Assembly: GCA_018400535.1 (NCBI GenBank)
Contig: JAGYMQ010000095.1
Coordinates: 1 to 58,346, forward strand
From: Candidatus Cloacimonadota bacterium
Lineage (GTDB): Bacteria; Cloacimonadota; Cloacimonadia; Cloacimonadales; TCS61
DNA: 58,346 bases
Direction: 5' to 3'
The position numbers were made by a program, and so were the translations under genes. Shown here piece by piece: positions 18,578 through 28,290 of the stretch. Position 1 is the stretch's first letter, and each line of letters begins with the position of its first letter. The notes beneath the pieces are model-generated. The model searched no databases, was not told the origin of the DNA, and saw nothing but the letters and a program-made list of their open reading frames with translations.

Positions 18578-21404
18578 AATTTTCATTAAAGGGGCGCAAG
18601 AGCATAATCTCAAAAATATCGACATTCGGATACCCCGAAACGAATTAACGGTGATAACCGGAGTTTCTGGATCAGGAAAATCTTCTCTTGCTTTTGATAC
18701 GCTTTATGCAGAAGGACAGCGGCGTTATGTCGAATCTCTCTCTTCTTATGCCCGTCAGTTTTTGGGTCAGATGGAAAAACCAAAAGTTGATTTCATCGAA
18801 GGTCTCTCGCCTGCTATTTCCATCGAACAAAAAGCAGCTAGCAAAAATCCACGCTCAACTGTCGGCACTGTCACTGAAATATACGACTATCTTCGAATTT
18901 TGTTTGCTCGTGTTGGAAAACAATATTGTTATTCTTGCGGAAAACCTGTCGGCTCGCAAACAATTGATCAATTAGTCGGTCACATTTTAAAAAATCCAGG
19001 AAAAACCCGCATCCAAATTCTGGCACCGATTGTGCAAAATCGTAAAGGTGAACACAAAGAAGAATTGAATGAAGCACGTGATGAAGGTTTCGTGCGCGTC
19101 AAGATCAATGGAAAAATGCGCGAACTCACAGAAAATATCCAACTCGATAAAAAAAGCAAACATACAATTGACATCATTGTGGATCGACTTGTTCTAAAAA
19201 AAGGGATACGTAGTCGATTGATCGATTCAGTGGAAACTGCGCTGCGCTTGACAAACGGTTTCATCAAGATCGATTTCGTCGATCAAAAAAAAGAAGAAAT
19301 ACTTTCCGAAGCAAATTTCTGTCCAGATTGCGGAATTGGTTATCCTGAACTTACACCACAACATTTTTCCTTTAATAGTCCGATCGGAATGTGTCCAACC
19401 TGCAACGGATTAGGTTCAAAAATGGAATTCGATCCTGATCTGATAGTTCCCAATAAATCGCTTTCTATTATGGAAGGTGCGGTCTTGAATTGGGGAGAAT
19501 TACAAAAAAAACAAAACAGCTGGCGCTTGCGGAAATTACGTGCTATCGCTAATGCTTATGATTTTTCATTGAAAACACCCTGGCAAGACCTCAAACCTCA
19601 AATCCAAAAACTGCTATTCTTTGGCTCGAAAAAAAAGAGAATCAAATTTGAATGGAATTCACTTAATGGTTCTGGCTCTTTTTATGCAACTTTTGACGGC
19701 ATCATTCCCACAATGAAACGAAGAATGAACGAAACAACCTCAGAAGCAATGCGACGCTATTATCTGCAATTCATCAGCAATAAACCCTGTCCTGCTTGCG
19801 GTGGAAAAAAATTGCGGAAAGAAAGTCTCGCCGTGAAAGTTAGCGGCAAAACGATCGACGAGATCACGTCTTTATCGATTTCAAATACTCTGAAATTTTT
19901 TGAAAATATTCAGTTAGAAGGAAACGATAGAATTATTGCTGAAGAAATCTTGAAAGAACTCAAGAGCCGTCTTAATTTCTTGATAAATGTCGGATTACAT
20001 TATTTGACTCTCGATCGCAAAGCACCGACACTTTCGGGTGGCGAAGCGCAAAGAATCCGACTGGCAAGTCAGATCGGAAGCAGTCTTGTCGGCGTGATGT
20101 ATATTCTCGATGAACCGAGCATCGGCTTGCATCAGCGTGATAATAGACGTCTGATCGATATGCTGAAATATTTACGTGATCTGGGAAATTCAGTTATTGT
20201 CGTGGAACACGATGAAGAGATGATTCGTTCAGCAGACAATATTCTGGATTTTGGACCTCACGCTGGGATTTATGGCGGTGAGATCGTTTTTCAAGGAAAC
20301 ATGCGCAAAATCGGTAAAGCAAAAAAATCGCTGACTGCACAATATCTCACAGGTAAATTGCAGATCGATTATCCTTCCAAAAGAAATCAACCTGACAGCA
20401 GAAAATTAAAAATAGTCGGCGCTTCCCAAAATAATCTAAAAAATATTGATGTGGAAATTCCTGTCGGACTTTTCACTTGCATCACTGGCGTTTCTGGTTC
20501 AGGAAAAAGCTCACTTTTAAATCAAATCATCTATCCAGCCATCGCTAATAAACTAAATCGCTCCAATCTCCTGATCGGGAAAGTAAACAGAATCGAAGGA
20601 TTTGAACATTTTAACCGCGTGATAAATATTGATCAACAACCGATCGGTAGAACTCCGCGTTCCAATCCAGCTACTTACACAAAACTTTTTGATCCTATCC
20701 GCCAACTTTTTGCCAAATTGCCTGCATCCAAATTGCGTGGCTATCAACCAGGCAGATTTTCTTTTAATGTGAAAGGCGGTCGCTGCGAAGCTTGTTCGGG
20801 TGCTGGTGTGAAGCAGATCGAAATGCATTTTCTACCTGACATTTTTGTTACCTGCGAAGAGTGTAATGGTGCGCGTTATAACAAAGAAACTCTGGCTGTG
20901 AAGTACAAGGGAAAATCAATAGCAGATGTGCTTGATATGGACGTTCAAGAAGCTTATCGATTTTTTGAAAATATTCCCAAGATCGCTAAAAAGCTGCAAA
21001 CATTGATCGAAGTTGGATTGGATTATATCAAACTGGGACAATCATCAACAACGCTATCTGGCGGAGAAGCTCAACGCATCAAACTTTCTCGTGAATTAAG
21101 CAAAACAAGCACTGGACAAACTCTTTATATTTTGGATGAACCTACGACCGGTCTTCATTTTCATGATATCAATAAATTGTTGAATGTTCTGCATAAATTC
21201 GTAAAAATGGGTAATACTGTCGTTGTAATCGAACATAATCTTGATATTATAAAAAATGCAGATCACATTATCGACTTGGGACCGGAAGGTGGAGAAGTAG
21301 GCGGCAGGATCATTGCCGAAGGAACTCCCGAAGAGATCGTTAAGATCAAAAAGTCTTATACTGGTCAGTTTTTACAAGATCATTTGAAAAAGGAGATAGA
21401 ATGA
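18564..21404 (+). CDS. uvrA: Excinuclease ABC subunit A
   Basis: Two GVSGSGKSS Walker A motifs, two LSGGEAQRI signatures, zinc fingers. Confidence 0.98.
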   Translation: MMKTEIFIKGAQEHNLKNIDIRIPRNELTVITGVSGSGKSSLAFDTLYAEGQRRYVESLSSYARQFLGQMEKPKVDFIEGLSPAISIEQKAASKNPRSTVGTVTEIYDYLRILFARVGKQYCYSCGKPVGSQTIDQLVGHILKNPGKTRIQILAPIVQNRKGEHKEELNEARDEGFVRVKINGKMRELTENIQLDKKSKHTIDIIVDRLVLKKGIRSRLIDSVETALRLTNGFIKIDFVDQKKEEILSEANFCPDCGIGYPELTPQHFSFNSPIGMCPTCNGLGSKMEFDPDLIVPNKSLSIMEGAVLNWGELQKKQNSWRLRKLRAIANAYDFSLKTPWQDLKPQIQKLLFFGSKKKRIKFEWNSLNGSGSFYATFDGIIPTMKRRMNETTSEAMRRYYLQFISNKPCPACGGKKLRKESLAVKVSGKTIDEITSLSISNTLKFFENIQLEGNDRIIAEEILKELKSRLNFLINVGLHYLTLDRKAPTLSGGEAQRIRLASQIGSSLVGVMYILDEPSIGLHQRDNRRLIDMLKYLRDLGNSVIVVEHDEEMIRSADNILDFGPHAGIYGGEIVFQGNMRKIGKAKKSLTAQYLTGKLQIDYPSKRNQPDSRKLKIVGASQNNLKNIDVEIPVGLFTCITGVSGSGKSSLLNQIIYPAIANKLNRSNLLIGKVNRIEGFEHFNRVINIDQQPIGRTPRSNPATYTKLFDPIRQLFAKLPASKLRGYQPGRFSFNVKGGRCEACSGAGVKQIEMHFLPDIFVTCEECNGARYNKETLAVKYKGKSIADVLDMDVQEAYRFFENIPKIAKKLQTLIEVGLDYIKLGQSSTTLSGGEAQRIKLSRELSKTSTGQTLYILDEPTTGLHFHDINKLLNVLHKFVKMGNTVVVIEHNLDIIKNADHIIDLGPEGGEVGGRIIAEGTPEEIVKIKKSYTGQFLQDHLKKEIE

Positions 21405-22192
21405 CTCTGGAAAAACAAATCGAACAAATTTATTCAAGCTCAGAATATCGCAGTAGTTATTTGGAAATTTTCAAGATATTTTTAGAAAAATTGGATTCAG
21501 GCGAGATTCGCGCAGCTGAAAAGATCAAAGGTGAATGGCAAATCAATGATTGGGTAAAAAAAGGTATCATTTTGGGATTTCGTTTTGGTAAGATCACGAA
21601 GATGGGAAATTTTATTGATAAAGATACTTTCCCACAAAAACAATTAACACCGCAAAAAAAGGTTCGACTTGTGCCAGGTGGATCTTCGATCCGTATTGGT
21701 TCTCATATCGGCAAAAACGTGATTTTGATGCCACCAATGTTTGTCAATGTGGGTGCTTTTATCGGAGAAAATTCGATGATCGATTCTCATGCTTTGGTCG
21801 GAACCTGTGCACAGATCGGAAAAAATGTTCACCTCAGCGCAGCATCTCAAATTGGCGGTGTTCTGGAGCCGATCGGCGCAAAACCTGTTATCATCGAAGA
21901 CGATGTTTTTATCGGCGGAAATTGTGGAATTTATGAAGGCGTTATCATCCAAAAAAAGGCAATCCTGGCAGCAGGCGTCATCATCACTGCTGGAACTCCA
22001 GTTTTCAATGCGGTCAAAAATGAATTCCTATCTCAAAAAAATGGGATCATCATTCCAGAAAATGCCGTTGTAGTGCCAGGAAGTCGTCCTTTGCAATCCA
22101 ATCCAAAATTTTCGGTCTATTGTCCGATCATCATCAAATATCGCGATGAAAAGACAGAGAGTTCAGTTGTGCTGGAAAATGCTTTGCGGTGA
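21401..22192 (+). CDS. dapD: Tetrahydrodipicolinate N-succinyltransferase
   Basis: WVKKGIILGFR, RLVPGG, hexapeptide repeats, IGGVLEP. Confidence 0.92.
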   Translation: MTLEKQIEQIYSSSEYRSSYLEIFKIFLEKLDSGEIRAAEKIKGEWQINDWVKKGIILGFRFGKITKMGNFIDKDTFPQKQLTPQKKVRLVPGGSSIRIGSHIGKNVILMPPMFVNVGAFIGENSMIDSHALVGTCAQIGKNVHLSAASQIGGVLEPIGAKPVIIEDDVFIGGNCGIYEGVIIQKKAILAAGVIITAGTPVFNAVKNEFLSQKNGIIIPENAVVVPGSRPLQSNPKFSVYCPIIIKYRDEKTESSVVLENALR

Positions 22193-22195
22193 GAT

Positions 22196-24265
22196 ATGAA
22201 GCGGATCTTCATTATTTTGTTATTAATGACAGCATCACTTTTTGCAGCTGAAAAGGAAATTGCAGAATTTCAAAAGAAACTAACAGAGATTGATAAAAAG
22301 GAACGAGCTTATTATCTCAATAAAATATCGATCGAATATCGTTCAATTGATCCTCAAAAAAGTATGGAATTTGCCGAAAAGGCTTTATTTAATGCGAAAT
22401 TATTCGACAACATTTTGGAAATGGGAAACGCTCATCACAATATCGGCGTTGCCTTTCATCATTTGGGAGATTATGAAAATGCGCTCATAAATTATGACCA
22501 GGCAATAAACTACCGCAACAGTGTCGGAGATAAAAAAGGACTGGCTAATAGTTTTTTTAATAAAGGTCTGATCGAAAAAAATCTGGGAAATCATCAATAT
22601 GCATTAAATTTTTTTAATCGTACTTTAACATTGCTACAAAATGGAGATAACAATCAATTATTGGCAAAAACCTACGAGAAGATATCGGATGTCTATCGAA
22701 ATCTTTCTAATTATGAAAAAGCTTTGGAATATGATCTCTCTGCTTTAAAATTGCACGAAGAAAGTGATAATGAAATCGGTATCGCCGATGCAATGATGAA
22801 TATCGGATCAATTTATTTCCAGCTTGAATCCTACGAAACGGCATTGCAATATTTCCAAAATTCCTTGAAGATCTGTCAAGAACTGGATCAAAAGAAAGGT
22901 ATCGCCAGCTCATTAAATGGATTAGGCACAATTTACGGCGTTCTGAAAAAATATGATAAAGCTTTAGAGCATTTTCAACAATCGCTGCGAATAAGGCGAG
23001 ATATCGAAGATAAAAAAGGAACTGCCGACGTTTTGAACAATCTGGGTTCGATCTATTGGGAAACGAATAAGTTAAATTCTGCGCTCAGATATTATAAACT
23101 TGCTCTAAATATTTATACTGAGATCAATGATAATTATCGGATCGCCAAAATTAATTATAACATTGGCAATGTTTATCTAAAACAAAAAACTTTTCCTACT
23201 GCCTACAATTATTTTCAAACGGCAAAAAAATTAGCCAAAACGATCAACGCAAGAGATATCCTGGCAGATATTTACCATTCTTTATCTGATTATTATTCCC
23301 AAAAAAAGGATTATCAAAATTCTTTTAATTATTATCAAAAATATGCAACTCTCAAAGACAGTATCTTGAACGAAACTAAAAGCGAACAAATTGCTGAAAT
23401 GCAAACCAAATATGAAACCGAAAAGAAAGAAAAGGAAATCCAGATACTCAAGAAAGATCAAACCATTCAGGAACTTCAGATAAAGCGGCAAACCTTGCAA
23501 AGAAACTCATTGATCGCAGTTTTACTTTCTTTGACAGTGCTGGCTTTCGTTATTTTCAATCGCTATAAATTTGAAAAAAAAGCTCATCAAAAACTGGAAG
23601 AAGCAAATAAACTGATCAAAAAAGAAAAGGAAACTTCGGATAAATTGCTGCTCAATATTCTTCCAGAAAGAGTGGCAAAAGAGCTAAAAGAAAAAGGAAA
23701 AACTACACCAGAATCCTATGATAACGTCACAATTCTCTTTTCCGATTTTGTCAATTTCACCAAAAAATCTTCACTGTTAGAACCAAATATTTTGATCAAT
23801 GAGCTTAATGATATTTTTACCGGTTTCGATGATATCATTGAAAAAAATCATTGCGAACGTATTAAAACGATCGGAGATGCCTATCTTGCCGTCTGCGGAT
23901 TACCAGAACCAAATCAAGATCATGCTGAAAATATTATGCGTTCTGCTCTCGAGATCATGCATTATCTCAAAAGAAGAAACTCGCGAACTAATAATAAATG
24001 GCAGATCAGGATCGGCATTCATTCTGGATCGGTCGTAGGTGGTGTGGTTGGTGTCAAAAAATATATTTTTGATATTTTTGGAGATGCTTTGAATACAGCA
24101 TCCAGAATGGAAAGCAATTCTGAAAAAATGAAGATCAACGTTTCGGAAACGACATATAATCTGCTTTCAGATAAATTTATCTTCATCAAAAGAAAACCCT
24201 GGCAAGTAAAAGGAAAAGGAAAAATGAATATGTATTTTGTAGATATCGATTCCTATGAAAATTAG
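22196..24265 (+). CDS. Membrane class III adenylate/guanylate cyclase with extracytoplasmic TPR sensor
   Basis: Signal peptide, many TPRs, TM helix, LLLNILP, LFSDFVNFT, KTIGDAY, FDIFGDALNTASRMES, VKGKG. Confidence 0.92.
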   Translation: MKRIFIILLLMTASLFAAEKEIAEFQKKLTEIDKKERAYYLNKISIEYRSIDPQKSMEFAEKALFNAKLFDNILEMGNAHHNIGVAFHHLGDYENALINYDQAINYRNSVGDKKGLANSFFNKGLIEKNLGNHQYALNFFNRTLTLLQNGDNNQLLAKTYEKISDVYRNLSNYEKALEYDLSALKLHEESDNEIGIADAMMNIGSIYFQLESYETALQYFQNSLKICQELDQKKGIASSLNGLGTIYGVLKKYDKALEHFQQSLRIRRDIEDKKGTADVLNNLGSIYWETNKLNSALRYYKLALNIYTEINDNYRIAKINYNIGNVYLKQKTFPTAYNYFQTAKKLAKTINARDILADIYHSLSDYYSQKKDYQNSFNYYQKYATLKDSILNETKSEQIAEMQTKYETEKKEKEIQILKKDQTIQELQIKRQTLQRNSLIAVLLSLTVLAFVIFNRYKFEKKAHQKLEEANKLIKKEKETSDKLLLNILPERVAKELKEKGKTTPESYDNVTILFSDFVNFTKKSSLLEPNILINELNDIFTGFDDIIEKNHCERIKTIGDAYLAVCGLPEPNQDHAENIMRSALEIMHYLKRRNSRTNNKWQIRIGIHSGSVVGGVVGVKKYIFDIFGDALNTASRMESNSEKMKINVSETTYNLLSDKFIFIKRKPWQVKGKGKMNMYFVDIDSYEN

Positions 24266-25361
24266 AAATCAGATTCAAAGATCAAAATTACGTCAGATCT
24301 TTGATAGTGCTCAGCCAGATTCCATTAATCTGGGTTTAGGTGAGATTCAATTCAAGACACCAATGCATTTTCGTGAGATAGCAAAGCAGATCATCGCTGA
24401 GGGAAAAATCTATTATACTCCAAATGCGGGGTTGCCAGAATTGCGAAAAAAAATCGCTAAACATTATCATACAGATTGGCAGAACGTCTGCGTCACGACC
24501 GGCGCAGAAGAAGCGATCTTTGCTGCCTTATTTACATATCTGGAGCCAGGCGCAGAAGTTCTGATCGCAAATCCTTCCTATCTTGCTTACAAAAACATCA
24601 TAAAAATGTTGGACGGAAAACCAAAAGAATTTGATCTTTCTGAAAAAAATAATTTTTGTTTGGATAGAAAATCTTTCATCAATTCGATCACCGACAAAAC
24701 TCAGATTTTGATACTCAATAATCCATCAAATCCTTTAGGAAAATCACTCAATTCAAGCGAAATTGAACTAATTTTTTCTATTTGTGAAAAACACGAAATC
24801 TTGATCATTGTTGATGAAGTCTATTTGGAATTATTTTTGACAGAACGCGAATCTTCACTACTATCTGCAAACACAATTGTCATTTCCAGTCTTTCCAAAT
24901 CTCATTCCATGTCTGGTTGGCGGATCGGCTGGTTGGTGGCTCAGGATAATAAATTGATCGATCCAATGACTAGTGTTCATCAATACATCTGCACTTGTGC
25001 TCCCTATCTTTCGCAAGAACTGGCAATCGCAGCATTTTCGGAAAAGGGAAAAATTGAAGGCGAATCCATTCGTCAGAAATTGATCAATAATCATAAATTC
25101 ACTATCCAATTCCTGAAGCAATATCTTCCTGAATTGATCGTGTTAGAATCCAGTTATGCTCCCTACTCTTTTATAAAAATTGAGTATGATGATCAAAAAT
25201 TCGTGCAAAAAGCTTTAGAAAATAAACTGATCTTGATGCCCGGTTCGATTTTTGGTTCAAACGGACAAAATTGGATCAGATTGAATTATGGCGTTCCTCA
25301 GTCTTTGTTAATTAATGGTCTAAAAATTTTCCAAAAAACAATAAAATCATTGACTGATTGA
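24255..25361 (+). CDS. PLP-dependent aminotransferase class I/II (possible DapC)
   Basis: NLGLGE, YTPNAG, NNPSNPLG, DEVY, SLSKSHSMSGWRIGW. Confidence 0.88.
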   Translation: MKIRNQIQRSKLRQIFDSAQPDSINLGLGEIQFKTPMHFREIAKQIIAEGKIYYTPNAGLPELRKKIAKHYHTDWQNVCVTTGAEEAIFAALFTYLEPGAEVLIANPSYLAYKNIIKMLDGKPKEFDLSEKNNFCLDRKSFINSITDKTQILILNNPSNPLGKSLNSSEIELIFSICEKHEILIIVDEVYLELFLTERESSLLSANTIVISSLSKSHSMSGWRIGWLVAQDNKLIDPMTSVHQYICTCAPYLSQELAIAAFSEKGKIEGESIRQKLINNHKFTIQFLKQYLPELIVLESSYAPYSFIKIEYDDQKFVQKALENKLILMPGSIFGSNGQNWIRLNYGVPQSLLINGLKIFQKTIKSLTD

Positions 25362-25401
25362 TCAAAAAAATTTAATTAAAAAATCGTAAGTTTGGAGTAT
25401 T

Positions 25402-26232
25402 ATGAAAAAGTTTGTAATTATTATCATCATTTTATTTTCTATTCTGGATATCGTGGCACAAGATAGCCCGCGGGATTCTATCCAAACAAACGAAGTTTAT
25501 GAAGAATATCTTACTCAAGTAAAAAACAAGACTTTGATCAACCGCTATTTTTTGATCACAATGATCGTTATTTTTGTTCTCAGCATTGTCATTTTACGTC
25601 AGATGGCAATTGCAATTAAAACTAATAAACAGCTGGCGAAAACCAATGAAAAATTGAACAAAGCAAATAAAAAGCTGAATCATTTATCACGAACAGACAC
25701 TTTGACTCAGATCTCGAATCGACGCGATCTTTATGAAAGAGTGGAATATGAGCAAAAACGATTTCAACGCAGTGGAAAAAATTTTGTGGTCATTATGTGC
25801 GATATTGATGATTTTAAAGAGATCAACGACAAATTTGGTCATGATGCCGGAGATCATATTCTAAAATCTTTGGCTCAATTGATCAAGATTTCTATCCGCG
25901 AACAAGATGCTTTCGGGCGCTGGGGTGGTGAAGAATTTCTTCTATTATTACCAGAAACGGATATCGAAGGTGGCGTCATTGTAGCTGAAAAGATCAGAAA
26001 AAATATTTCTGTTACTCCAATCAATTATTCTGAAGAGGAAATTCCAGTCACAATGACTTTTGGAGTAGCATTCTATAATGAACCGATGGAACTGGATGAA
26101 TGTATCAAGAAAGCAGATCAAGCGCTATATTTTGGTAAACAGAAGGGAAAAAATTGTGTTATAAAAGCACCTTATGATGACCAGCCATTGCTCTCGGATA
26201 TTGGTAAACATGCAAGGAAGAGTGATGAATAG
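25402..26232 (+). CDS. Membrane diguanylate cyclase (GGEEF)
   Basis: TDTLTQISNRR, DIDDFKEIND, REQD I-site, GRWGGEEF. Confidence 0.92.
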   Translation: MKKFVIIIIILFSILDIVAQDSPRDSIQTNEVYEEYLTQVKNKTLINRYFLITMIVIFVLSIVILRQMAIAIKTNKQLAKTNEKLNKANKKLNHLSRTDTLTQISNRRDLYERVEYEQKRFQRSGKNFVVIMCDIDDFKEINDKFGHDAGDHILKSLAQLIKISIREQDAFGRWGGEEFLLLLPETDIEGGVIVAEKIRKNISVTPINYSEEEIPVTMTFGVAFYNEPMELDECIKKADQALYFGKQKGKNCVIKAPYDDQPLLSDIGKHARKSDE

Positions 26233-27238
26233 AGTTGGATTTTTGTTAATAATTTTTTGGGTATTGTTATCCCATTCTTCTGCCCAAGATAAAATTATCT
26301 TTCCCAAAGATCACACCCTGGAAGACCAACTGGTTTACATTGATTCTGCTGAAATAGAATTGGATGACAAGATCAATTTTTTGGAAAATATTTTGATTAT
26401 GAAAGAAGAAGAAATTGAAAAATCACAGCTGTATCAAATCAAATATCAGCTGGCAAATTATTATTATCACAAACAAAATTTCCTCTTAGCTGTGAAATAT
26501 TTCAAAGAAAGTCTTTTGCTGAATTCGGAACTTTACCAATCCAAAATCGACCAACAGATCATAGAATTGCAGAAAAAAGATCAGCTTCAACAGGAGCAGA
26601 TCGAAACACAGATCGGAATCAGAAATTTCTTCGCAATTATTTTTGTGATTTTCGTCTTTATTGCCGGTTTCCTTTTTGTGAAATATTATCGAAAAAATCA
26701 GGAACATCAATATTTGCAATCACAACACAAAAAACTGCAAACTTTAGCGACCAAAGATCCTCTGACAAATTTAGCCAATCGGCGATCGATGAAAGAAAAA
26801 TTGCAATATGAAATTTATCGTTATCAAAGGAATAAAAAAGAATTCTCTGTAATCATTAGCGATATCGATCATTTCAAAAGATTTAACGATCAATTTGGTC
26901 ACGATTGCGGAGATTATGTTCTGGAAACATTATCTTTAATCATAACTCAAAAACTCCGCAAACAGGATATAATCGGTAGATGGGGTGGTGAAGAATTTTT
27001 GATCCTGTTACCAGAAACTTCAATTGATGGCGCATTTATCGTTGCTGAAAAGATCAGAAAAGAAATTATGAAATACAATTTTAAATATGAAGATAAATTG
27101 CTCTCGATCACGATGACCTTTGGCATTAGCACCTATAATTCTTTTATTGGATTGAAAAATTGCGTCAAACAAGCAGATATTGCTCTTTATAAAGGAAAAA
27201 ATAGTGGACGGAACTGCGTTATTGCCTATGAATCATAA
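26225..27238 (+). CDS. Membrane diguanylate cyclase (GGEEF) with remnant TPR
   Basis: DPLTNLANRR, RKQD I-site, GRWGGEEF; start moved to ATG 26225 (signal peptide). Confidence 0.9.
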   Translation: MNRVGFLLIIFWVLLSHSSAQDKIIFPKDHTLEDQLVYIDSAEIELDDKINFLENILIMKEEEIEKSQLYQIKYQLANYYYHKQNFLLAVKYFKESLLLNSELYQSKIDQQIIELQKKDQLQQEQIETQIGIRNFFAIIFVIFVFIAGFLFVKYYRKNQEHQYLQSQHKKLQTLATKDPLTNLANRRSMKEKLQYEIYRYQRNKKEFSVIISDIDHFKRFNDQFGHDCGDYVLETLSLIITQKLRKQDIIGRWGGEEFLILLPETSIDGAFIVAEKIRKEIMKYNFKYEDKLLSITMTFGISTYNSFIGLKNCVKQADIALYKGKNSGRNCVIAYES

Positions 27239-27267
27239 AACCAGGCAGAATGTTCCAAAAAACAATA

Positions 27268-27990
27268 TTAGCTAAATTTCCTGGCTTTGACCCAAAGAAA
27301 ACCTTCTTGTCCCGGTTCATAAGATAGATTTCCGCTGAAAAAAGGTTTGTAAAGATCATTTTCAGGACCTTTTTTTGTAACTCGATAAGATTGAACTTCC
27401 AATTTATTCAATAAATTCTCTTTGATCTTTTTCTCATTAAGTCGCTGCGGTTCAGAAGGTGATGCTGGTTCTTCCAGATTGAAACTGCCGATAAAGACAC
27501 CATCAGGTTTCATGATCCGTAATATCTCAGCACACATCAAAGAAAAATTGTCCACATGATCAATTGCATTTAGCGTGAATATCACATCCACAAATTCTGA
27601 AGGCAAGGGGATAACTTTTTCAGTTGATTTCAAATATATCATATCGTGTGATATAAGGTTTTCTGTAAATTCATCTGCATAACGATCTGCTAAAACTTCG
27701 ATGCCAATTCGCAAACTTGCAGATTTTGCCCAAACTAAACTGCCACGTGGTCCACAACCAAAATCAGCTACAATTTTTCCTTGCAAGAAATCAGCACTCG
27801 ATTCTTCGGCCATAGCCAACATCAGTTTTTGGTAATGAGAATTTGTGAATTTTCCCCGGTCAATTTCAAATTTTCTTCGCCAAAAAGACAAGGCAGCTAC
27901 GTCTTTTTCAAGGAATAGATTTTGAATTGGACGTAGAATATTTTTTATTCGCTTGGGCAACAGCGTCCGAATTCTGGATTTTTTTAACAT
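27268..27990 (-). CDS. Class I SAM-dependent methyltransferase
   Basis: VADFGCGPRG, VDVIFTLNAIDH, RIMKPDG; start uncertain (27990 ATG vs 28011 TTG). Confidence 0.8.
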   Translation of the reverse strand: MLKKSRIRTLLPKRIKNILRPIQNLFLEKDVAALSFWRRKFEIDRGKFTNSHYQKLMLAMAEESSADFLQGKIVADFGCGPRGSLVWAKSASLRIGIEVLADRYADEFTENLISHDMIYLKSTEKVIPLPSEFVDVIFTLNAIDHVDNFSLMCAEILRIMKPDGVFIGSFNLEEPASPSEPQRLNEKKIKENLLNKLEVQSYRVTKKGPENDLYKPFFSGNLSYEPGQEGFLWVKARKFS

Positions 27991-27994
27991 CGAT

Positions 27995-28087
27995 TCACCC
28001 ACAGAGATCAAGCAGATAGTAGATAAAAATATTTGTGTTACACTTTATTAAACATTTTACACGATTTCGATCCTGACAAATTTTCAT
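27995..28087 (-). CDS. Small Cys-rich ORF, 30 aa (MKICQDRNRVKCLIKCNTNIFIYYLLDLCG), not in the ORF track
   Basis: AAAGGAG RBS 8 nt upstream of ATG; stop lies 4 nt before the methyltransferase ATG. Confidence 0.45.
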   Translation of the reverse strand: MKICQDRNRVKCLIKCNTNIFIYYLLDLCG

Positions 28088-28236
28088 ATTATGTTCTCCT
28101 TTCGAATGAATTCAAGTAAGCTTCAAATAACGATTTTATAGGAAAAATGGCATTGATTTTGTCAAAGGTTTTTCTTTTCAATCTTCCAAAAATGTATTTT
28201 GTTCTTCTTGTAATTGATATTTTCAGTGTTTTATAA

Positions 28237-28265
28237 TTGACAATTTTTCAGCTTTTTAGCTTTTG
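28237..28265 (+). promoter_or_regulatory. Putative promoter TTGACA-N18-TTTTG
   Basis: Upstream of the mutase RBS; recurring spacing. Confidence 0.5.
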
Positions 28266-28290
28266 AAAAAAAAAGTTGCAGGAGAAAAAG

